The translations under genes were made by a program, and so were the position numbers. The notes beneath the pieces were generated by a model that saw nothing but the letters and a program-made list of their open reading frames with translations, was not told the origin of the DNA and searched no databases. Of a DNA stretch of 64,000 bases, positions 53,957 through 64,000 are shown piece by piece (position 1 is the stretch's first letter; the number at the start of each line of letters is the position of its first letter). Source of the stretch: Trichinella spiralis (taxonomy: Eukaryota); contig NW_003526941.1 in the NCBI RefSeq assembly GCF_000181795.1, forward strand, positions 7,629,741-7,693,740, written 5' to 3'.

Positions 53957-56900
53957 TTAAGCTTCACATGCCTTGGATTTTGAACCGTTGTCTAAAATAA
54001 AAAAGCAGTACATAAAAGCACTATTTATTAGAAAATAATTATTCAAAAAGGTTTTACTGGGTTCATCTTTGACACTGTTGCCTGCGCTGGCAGTAACACT
54101 CTCGGTTGCTGTTGGAGGTGGCTAAAAAGCAAAAGTGCATGAATGTAAAATTCGTTTAAAATATTTCAATTAATTACAGTCTTCTTATTTTTCAAATATT
54201 TCAACAACATGACTATAGCGACTATCCAACCAGTAATTGCTATGCCATATGCTGTCGCCAGTAAGGAAAAGTACGTTTTATCATGTTCTAAACAGTTAAA
54301 CCATTGATATGATCAAGTTCAGCATGTACGATAAAGAATTTTGCCACTATTACTTATCTCATCATCGACTTCATCGTCTAGAATATCTTCATCATCAGAA
54401 ATGTCTGTTTCAGTGTCATCATTCGCTGGACTTCCTAAAAAAATAATTTCACAGTTACATATATATGTATGTATTTTGCATTGTTCAGCTGCTTTACCAA
54501 TTTCACACAGTTCTCCTGTAACATTTGAAGGGCACTGACAGGTGAAAAAATTTTCACCAAGTGTACAGTTCCCATATCTACATGGATTTCCATTGGAGCA
54601 ACTGGTGACTTCTAAAACGAGTCAATTATTTTCTTTTTCATAAAATTCAAATATGATTCACTTTTCTCGCAGTATTTTCCATCATAGCCTATGTTGCACA
54701 CACATTTGATCTGTCCGTCAATGTCATCATAGGTGCATCTGCCGTGGTCACCGCAAATATTTCTATGCATTTTGCATATATTATTTTCTAAAAGTACATT
54801 TTGAGCTATTTTAAATTTCATTTTATATTTTTTCATTTACTTCTTCCACAGTTGGCGCCTTTATATCCTGGCAGACAGTGGCATTTCAGTTCTTCTCCAA
54901 CCATGTAACATGTTCCTCCGTTAAGACACAGCTCTGAATTGCAGCTTTCGTATTCTGAAAAGTCAAAATTTCAGTTGAAAGTGTTTACAAAGATGTAACG
55001 TGATAATATACTTTGTTCACATGCCATCCCCATATAACCTTCTGGGCAGATACAATAGAACCCATTGATCTTGTTGAGGCATTTTCCTCTGCGGCATGGA
55101 TTTAACGTGTAGCACATATCAATTGCTATAAATAAAATATCCTTATGAAATCTTGCTTTTCTTCAAACATGCTGTATGTTTTACTATTTTCACAAAAGTG
55201 TCCAGTATATCCAGGGTTACATATGCACTCATAACCATTGTGTTTTCTGTTACATTTTCCGTTTGCACCACAAGGTTTAAATTCACATGAATTTAATCCT
55301 AAAAATACATTTATACAAAATTATATGTTATTTTTTGCATAATAAATGCTGTTTACTTGTTTCACAATATTTTCCAGTAAACCCGAAGTTGCATTGACAA
55401 AGGAAATCGTTTCCTAATCGAATGCATTTTCCGTGTTCTCCGCAAGTAGAATTGTCGTCGCACGCATGAATACCTAGAGTTGAAATAGTATATTATAATA
55501 TATGGTAAATAAATTGTAAAACTCTGTATGTGTAATGCATATTAAATAAACTAACGTTCTATTTCGCAGAATTTTCCGTGGTATCCTTGTTTGCAATGGC
55601 ATATGTATGAATCGTCATCTAAAAGTCCGCATACACCTCGTGATAAGCAAGGACCTTTTCTGCGACAAGTGTCTCTTTCTGAAATTAAAATTATCCCTTA
55701 CATATCAATTATCAGATAAGAAATTTTATTTGTTTCACTCACTCTGTGTGCAATATTTTCCGCTTTCCCAATCATTGCATTTGCATTGCATGTAAGAATG
55801 CGTTTCTTCATGTACTGTTAAACACTGTTTAGCGAAATTGCACATATTATTTTCGTCACATAGGTCCACTTCTGAAAATTATTTGTTTGTTTCATAAAAT
55901 GAAAATATTTTAAAGACAAAATTGTTTCTCACTTTCTTCACATTCTTTTCCGGTAAAACCGGCACTGCACCAGCATTTCTCTGTGCTGTTCAGTCTGACA
56001 CATCGACCGGCCTTACCGCAGTTTATGGTCTCATTAGTGCATGGATTGACGTCTTTAAAAGAACATTCAATAATCAATATTATTTTCGAAAGCAGTTTGA
56101 AATATTTAGAACATACGGAAGTCACAAAATTCGCCGACATGGTGTCTGTCACATTTGCACCGCAATCGCCCGTTCTCAGTTATGCACTTTCCTTTATTTA
56201 AGCAAGGATTGTAAATTTCGCAAAGATCAATGCCTGAAAATTTAGATATAACGTTTGATTTTCTATTTCATTAATTTCTGAAAGAATTTTTTCCACATAC
56301 TTTCTTCACATCTAATGCCTGTGAAACCAGGATGGCAGGCACACTTCCAGTCATCTCCTGACTGATAGCATTCGCCATTGCTTCCACAAAACGGTCCGTT
56401 CATGCAGCCCAGAGGATCAACAAATCGGCGGTGTTCTTCAAAGATAAGTTTAAATTTAAAGGGCAGTCGTTCATACGTTTAGAAAATAATTTACCTTTTT
56501 CACAATATTTACCAGTGTACCCTGGATTGCATTTGCAAGTATACTTGCCATCAATTTCCACGCACACACCGTGATCACTGCAGTTCAGATTTGCGCATGC
56601 TACACTCGTATTGTACAACGGTGGAAACTCTGAAAAATTAATCATAAAAATTTGATATGAAAATTTTTTTAATTTATATTTACCAGTTGTTTTTTTGATT
56701 GTTTCATTACAAAAGACACCCTGGAATCCTTCATCACAAGGATTTAATATCTGAGGACCTGAAAAAATACTTGTTTAACATCAAATTGTTAGAATTTACC
56801 AATAATTCATAGGTGAAGAATTTATCACTTGACACCACAATAAACTTACCATCATATGTGATAGAACACAGGGCTTTCACTGCCGTATCAGTTGTGTTGT

Positions 56901-57543
56901 AGCACTCAATGGGAATAGCTTTTTCACTGAACTCTCTTTTGCCGACGTTGATCTCATGGAACATACAAATGGGTGTCGAATAAAATAAATTGTAGATATC
57001 GTATATGTCTTTTGTGGACAAAATTAATTTAGTTTCATATTCCCAGTCATACTGATGAGTCTTGTTATGCATTATATAAAGTTGTTCATTCGTGGTATGA
57101 GTGTAATTACTGAATTCCCAACTCATGGTGGAGTCATCCTCATTATTGACCACATCGGCAATGTACAATCCATTAAGGATGGAGAATTCAGTCGTATTTC
57201 CAGAGAGTTTCCAGATCGCGTCTTTGATCAGAGCGATCTGTTCTTTTTCATTGAACCAGGAAAATAATACAGAATTTGGGTACTTAGTTGTGCAAGAGCT
57301 GTAGGCACTTTCGAACCAATTGGGCTCCTCACCAACCAAATCGATTTCAACCATTGTAAGGCATCGTTTGTTCGTGGAATCGTAAACACCACGTACGCCA
57401 TTTGGACAAGAACCAAACAATTCGGACGTGGTCAAGTGGAAGACAAGGCAGAGCAAACCAAGGATCGTAGAAAAGTTTTCTAAAAAAGAAATAAAAATTA
57501 GTATTGAATTAAATGCTCACTCTCTGAACAGCCGGTTACCCAT
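53957..57543 (-). CDS. Type I membrane protein: signal peptide, divergent C-type-lectin-like domain, ~12-13 EGF repeats, acidic stalk, TM, short tail
   Basis: ATGG|gt micro-exon 57543-57540; hydrophobic leader; large exon ~57479-56850; twelve ~115-135-bp exons each with one 6-Cys EGF (e.g. CKCNPGYTGKYCE); TM LLATAYGIAITGWIVAIVMLL; TAA ending 53957. Confidence 0.9.
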
Positions 57544-57587
57544 TGCTCGAACTCGAGAGAAATGAACTAAAACTGCTGAGGAGGCCA

Positions 57588-57595
57588 TTTATATA
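57588..57595 (-). promoter_or_regulatory. Candidate TATA box of the EGF-repeat gene
   Basis: CCCC-TATATAAA-TGGCC on minus, 45 bp upstream of the ATG. Confidence 0.5.
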
Positions 57596-58373
57596 GGGGA
57601 AAAGTTTTTTAATTTAAAGTTTTCTACTTTAAAACTTAATTCTCTGCTTTTGATTGGTCAGTTAAATCTAGCAGATCGCTTAAATCCAAGCCTGACCATC
57701 ATTTATTTTATTATTGTATATAAAAGAATGCATAAAATGCTTTTAAATGCGAAATATTAAAAATTAATATTAAATTTAAATTTTATTTAAATAAATCAGC
57801 ATCCTAATATTTTAATCTTTTCAATATATAATGATAATTCCATGCTACGCATATCATAATGCTTTATCAAACGTTTTGTTGCATATTTTTTGGAAGGAAT
57901 AAAAAACTCGCATAAAAAATCATATGATTTACTAAAATAAAAATATAAGTGTATAATTCAATTTATAAAAAATTGAAACCGAATAAAATTTTAGTTTTAT
58001 CAAATAAGGTATATTACTGTAAGTACTTAATTTTCATTTACAAAAGAAATTAAAAATATACAAATCATAATTCTTTTATTTAATAAATTAAAATTTTTTC
58101 GTTTAACTTTTCTAAATGAAAACTATAGTTTATTTTCAATTTTACGAAACCTAATTCAATTTGATGCTTCTATCATGAGTTCCACGCGTGAAAGATGTGA
58201 TTACGGTTACAAATAACGGAATAGAATTATTTTTTAGTGCCGGTGAAAACTTTTTTCGACATTTACCAACCTGGCGACCGAAAATATTTTAAGTAAGATT
58301 CTATTTTATACAGTTATTTATTATTGCAGAAGTTCACAAGTGTAAAGTGCATATCGAATTAAATCTTTTAGAA

Positions 58374-59210
58374 ATGGTACGTTCCAAGCAAGGCAAGGCG
58401 AAACATCGGCAAAAAGTTAACAAAATACGTGAGTGTTTGTTATTAATTGTGGGGCGTTTGTAGGGTCTATTTTTATATTTTATAATTTCTTTGGACTGAA
58501 TTTGTCTGTTTGCTTTCATGTTGTAGCTTGCGAAAATGTCACAAAATATTTGGCGAACACTAGCACTCGCCATGGTTTCGATGGCTGTCTATCACCGCCT
58601 CTTCGTCAGACGGCCAGTGTTCTGAAACAGCCTGTCACAATTGTTACCACGAGTTCGAAAAATACAAAACCAGCTCCAGCTGTAGAACTGAAAAGAGCTA
58701 CCGGACGACTGACGAAACCTCAGCAACTGTTTGCATTGAAACGTCTCGACAGACTGAGAGCGTGCACATTTCTGTCGCCTTTAGATTGTGATGAAGTCAG
58801 ATTTGAAAAAATATTAGCTCCACAAAAGGTTTTACGTATGTATTTTTTGCATTTGTAAACGATTTTCTCTACAGTAAGTAACTGCTTAGCCATCGGTCCC
58901 GGAATAACTGAAGAAACCGCTACACTATCTTTGGCGGCTGCACTACAGTCCCCCACCCATGGTATCCCGGTTACAGGTCAAACAGGACCCAAACGATCTT
59001 TGGACGCCAATCCAAGCGTCAACATTAACGCTGAACAACCTTTAATTCAGGTAGATTTGTAAAAAAAGTAGCGGTTACACGGTGCTAGTTCGGTTTTTGC
59101 TTAAGACTGTTGTAATATCGGAGCAGGATGTTTTGAATCAAGAAGAAAGAGTACTGAACGCTCGCCGACGACTTGAAGACGCGCTAAAAAATTTCGGAAA
59201 AACGAAATAA
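58374..59210 (+). CDS. mbd-2: MBD2/3 homolog (NuRD subunit), 4 exons, no MBD domain visible
   Basis: PPLRQTASVLKQPVT and KPQQLFALKRL match the MBD2/3 central region; GPG, PVTGQ, NAEQPL and coiled coil EQDVLNQEERVLNARRRLEDAL match the C-terminus; TAA 59208-59210. Confidence 0.88.
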
Positions 59211-60896
59211 TTTTATACCTATACATACATACAGCTTGGTGTCTTACCGCTTTTTTTCTTTTCATTTAAAGCTGAAAAAATTTTGGTGAACATAGTTTGA
59301 TCGGAGAAATGTTTTTCATGCACGTTTTCATTTTAGAAAATTTGTTTAGTAAAACATCTGAATATGTTTGACGTAACATTTGCATATATGCCAGTAATTA
59401 ATGTTTTCTAAATTTATAAATTGAAGCTTTGTATTGAATTTCCTCATAATGTTCTGATAATTCTACTCATCAAATGAAATGAACATTCTTTGAAAAATCA
59501 AAATCAAGTGACAACGACCAAATCTTAGCAGTACAATAACTGAAAATAAAGTTGCATGCATTGTTGAGCAGTAATCATGGGGAAATAATATATTTTTTTT
59601 CAACTATCACGTTTCTAAATTCTAAATTAATTTTAAATATAATTTTGCTTTTCAAAGAATTTTTTTAGAGATTTTTATCAATTGTTGTTTTTCGAAATTT
59701 GAAAAAATTTTCAAACCATCGAATATTATTGTTTAATTATTCAAATATTTCAATTTTGATTTTTTCTGTTTAAAATTTTTTTATATAATCTGAAAAAAAT
59801 GTCGGCTTTAAAAATCGAAAATTTGATTTTTTTTGTTACAGTAATTTTGGCGCTTTTATTTTTGTATCTTGTAGAAAATGCACTGTGCTTCGGTGACATC
59901 GCAATCTTGTATTGCAAAATGACGGCGGTTGGTTCAGCTCGGAAATTCAAGTTTTAAGGTACGGAAATTTCACTTTTGTGCTGTTTAATTTAGATAGTAA
60001 TTATTAATTTATCATTTTGATATTCGTAATGTAATTATGTCGATAATCATAATTTTGTTGTTTTTCTTGTAAACAGTTTTAAGCATTGATCATTGTTTTG
60101 ACCAATTGCTTCAAATGTGTCGGCGTGAACGATGTTTAATAGAATGTTTGTGTACCAGTTCTATTTTCATTTATTGAGATAAATTTCATTTATTTAAAAA
60201 ATGTTTGATTTCTGTTGTTGTTAAATGTGAAGCGTCATTGTATTTTTGCATTGGTAAATTTCGGGTGTTTGTAAATGCATTTAAATTGCCAGGTCAATTG
60301 TTGAACACAAGCCGCTGCTAGTACCGTAATCAGCATTTTATTACTTTGTATTTTTTTTTAAATATGCAGTAAATTGATCCGTCATCTTGACATCATATTT
60401 TACATTTTTATTTGGTTTTACGTAACGTCTGCTGTTTCGTTTAATAAATATATTGGCAAAGATCGACAAATTTCATGTCTTGCTGTTTGTTTGTTTCATC
60501 AGTTGAAGATTTATTATGTTTAATAGTTTCGAAAAGCTTAGACGGCTGCTCTGATTGAAGTGAATTTTCATTTGAAATATTTCAAATTTATTATGCACCT
60601 ATTATTATTCACTTGTTTGTTTGCTTGTTGGCAATGCTTCGTATGATAATAATTGCATTGTTATCTTGTTTAATAAAAAAATGTTTTGAAGAGAAGTTTA
60701 TTTCCAAAATTATTGTTCAGCATATAAACAGTATTAAAGTAGATTAAACGAAAAACTGCTGTTAACATTTTGTTAATTTTTTAGCTGTTTTTTCATGTTG
60801 TTAATTCATTTACAGATAAAATCTCTTGTTTCTTGTATTGACGATTAGTTTTTCTGTCGTAGCTGTCGAATAGTTGTTATTTTTTAAACGGTCACA

Positions 60897-63800
60897 ATGC
60901 GTGTACAACGACCTGTCTACACTCAGGTATTTTGGTATTTCTTTTTTTCTTAATTAATTCTTCTCCATGTAAAATATATAGTTATTAAAAATATTATTCA
61001 TGTACAGGATGAACTGAAAAATGCGGGCGATTATCGCCCAGCAGAAGCTCTCTCTGCTAAAGGTCTCTGGCGCCAATGGACAACTGCCGCATTGAAACCG
61101 GCTAATTTATCAGCTTTCCTACGTCGAAGATTTCCGCTAATTGACTGGCTTCCGAAATACAATTTCAGAAGCAATTTTCTTCACGATCTCTTGGCCGGTT
61201 TAACTGTCGGCATCATGCTCATTCCCCAGTGTATGAAATGAAATTGTCAAATTTATGATTATCGATTTTTCGTTTCTTTTCTTTTTCCATAATCCCTATT
61301 AATGAAAATTAGGATCTATCTACAGTATATCTAGCTTGAAAATAATTATTTACAGTTTTGCACTGTATTGTATCATTCGTATATTATTAATTTGTAGCTA
61401 TGGCATATGGCACTTTGGCTGGTTTGGATCCAGCTCATGGATTGTATACGTCATTTTTTCCTGGCCTAATATATTTCATTATTGGATCTAGTAAACATAA
61501 CTCTTTTGGTACGATGCCTTTTTTCAAATTGTAAAATGTTCTCTTCGATCAAATCAACAATTTCAGGTGTATTTGCTGTAATCAGTATGATGGTTGCTTC
61601 TGCTCGATATCGAATCATACCAGAAAATGGTCATAATCAATATTGTATGAAATTTAGATTTGTGAAATTGAAATGCATTTTTTTCATTGCTTTTTTTTCA
61701 GCTATTGATGAACATAAAAATACATCACACCATATTAATGATAATAATACTTTGAATCTCGGGACAGCTTTAACGCCTCATCAAGTTGTCGCTAGTTTGA
61801 CTTTCGCTACAGGCATGTTTTCGGTATTGAATATATTGTCTTCAGTGAAGAAATTTTTTTCAAATAAATTTTCTTTTCAGCTACTATTAGCTGTGCTTAA
61901 TGCCAGCTTTTTGTCATTGCTCATATCAGATCAAGTGAGCGCTGGTTATACAGCCGGAGCTGGTATACACGTGTTTTCCGCTCAAATTGACAAAATACTT
62001 GGAATAAAAGTGAATCGTCATTCAGGACCATTTAAGCTGCTTTACGTGAGTAAATTGTTTTTTTTTTTTTGAATTTAATTTGAATTTAATTTGATTTGAT
62101 TTTTATAGCTGTACAGAGATTTGATTTGCAATATAACGTCGTCTGAATGGATTCCGTGCGTCATGTCGGCAGTAACTTTTGTGGTGTTGATCTTTTTCAA
62201 AGAATTTTTAAATCCCATCATTGCCAAACATTCCCGTTTTTCCGTACCCATTCCGAGCGATTTGATTGTTGTAAATTACGTCATTTATTGTGTGAATTTT
62301 AATTAATCTTTCTTTTTGTTTTCAATTTAAGATTGTCGTCGGAACGTTGTTTTCTCATTATTTAAATCTTTCCACGTTTTCTGTCGAAATGGTCGGTGAA
62401 ATTCCTTCTGGGTAATTTTTCACTTTTCAATTATGCAACGTGAAAAAGAGAAAAAATAAACATATTAAATCAATTCTTTTCAGCATTCCATCGCCAACTT
62501 TGCCAAATTTGCATTTGATTCCGCACATTTTTGGCGACGCTATCAGTATTTCCATTGTTGCTTATTGTATTTCCATGTCGTTGGGGAAGCTGTTTGCTAA
62601 AAAGCATCACTATGCATTGGATGCCAATCAGGTGAGTGATATTATTTTTTTTCTTGTTCTTTTAAATATTATGTTATGGTTACTGAAAAATCAATTTTGT
62701 CCATATAATGTAAGGAATTGTTTGCCTTGGGAGTGATGCAGAGTATCAGCTCGATTTTCGGATGCATACCTGCCAGTGCGGCAATTGGTCGATCGATGCT
62801 TTTGGAAAGCAGTGGCTGTAAGAGCCAGGTAAAGTTGCATCAACAATTCAATCAAATTAATTATTCTCTGAATAAAATTATTCTATTACAGTTTGCATCA
62901 CTCATTGCTAGCTTGATACTGCTTGTTGTTATTTATTTGATTGGTCCATTGCTCAGAGATCTTCCTGTGGTAATTAATTTTTTCTTTTGTTTTTTTAAAA
63001 AAATATATATTATATTTTATTTTATTTTCAGGCGATTCTTTCAGTGATCATTGTTGTTGCATTGAAAGGCATTTTGAAACAAATTGGCGATGTGAAATTT
63101 TTATGGCATGTTTCCAAAGCAGACTTTGTACGAAAGCAATTTGAAATTTTGAAGAAAAAAAATGATTTTTTGTTCTTCTTTAATATTCTAATTTAGGCTG
63201 TTTGGTTTGTCTCATTTTGGGCTACGGTAATTTTGGATTTTACTTACGGCCTAGCAGTTGGCGTTTCTTTTGCTTTCACAGCTTTTGGATTTAAATTTAT
63301 TGGGTAAGTAATATTCTGTTTAAAATGCAATGGAATGCTTTTTAATGAGAGAATTTTTGAGAATGAAAAAAAATTATTTTCAATTTCATATTGAAATTTC
63401 AACTTTGAATTATTTCTTTATTATAGCCCAAAATTGTCAACACTTGGCTCGTTTGAAGAAACAGATCTGTACTTGGACAAGCGATTGTATTTTAAAGTAA
63501 TTCCAAGTAGAATGGTATGTGGAAGAATTGATGTTTTCAGTTTTGTCTTTTCTATAGGTAAATGATCTTCCTGATGTGCTTTTGTTCGCTTGGCGAGCTC
63601 CATTGTTCTACGGAAATGCAGTGTGGTTTGAAGAGCAGATTATTAAAATTATCGATCATTCTGCAAGTTTTAAAGGGAATTATGTGATGGTAATTTTGAA
63701 ACGTTGAAATTTATTATTCAAAAAAATTTTAGCCATTCAACGAGTGGTTGTATTTGTATATTTTGTTCAGAGGCGAAGAGGCGAGGATAACATTGTGTCT

Positions 63801-64000
63801 GGGGAAAGTTTAACAGAAATTACATCGTCTCTGCAACGGGATATTGAAGATGAAATAAATTTGCCTTCCAAATCCAATAAGCTCCATATTGTAATCGACT
63901 TTTCCCACGTAAGTTACGTCGATGTTGTCGGCATGAACGCATTGTCGAAGGTATTGCTTTTTAACATTTTTGTTCTGTTGTTTCTATTCTCAGTTATTCA
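60897..64000 (+). CDS. SLC26/SulP anion transporter (prestin-like), 3' end beyond window
   Basis: [67 protein letters not shown]; many short GT-AG introns. Confidence 0.94.

Overview
Eukaryotic, AT-rich, intron-containing scaffold with N-gaps. Very short introns (about 45-90 nt), a nematode-type ACC-family Cys-loop channel and the overall composition suggest a nematode, probably clade I such as Trichinella (inference, not verified). From about 19.5 kb to the end is gene-rich: an Lhx2/9 (ttx-3/apterous) LIM-homeobox gene, RFC1, an ACC-like anion channel, a small TM gene, PGLS, EXOSC2/RRP4, QTRT1, a CTL-like/multi-EGF type I membrane protein, an MBD2/3 homolog with no visible methyl-CpG-binding domain, and a partial SLC26 transporter. 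The first ~18 kb has no recognisable gene but is highly structured. It holds a giant imperfect palindrome (arms from ~1960 and ~16287) centred on a GC-rich repeat made almost wholly of AP-2-type (S)CCNNNGG(S) and octamer ATGCAAAT motifs. That core is bracketed on both sides by dense, inward-pointing arrays of consensus 5' splice-donor (U1-complementary) sites. Several direct duplications abut N-gaps and may be assembly artefacts. Exon boundaries, identities and motif counts were read by eye.
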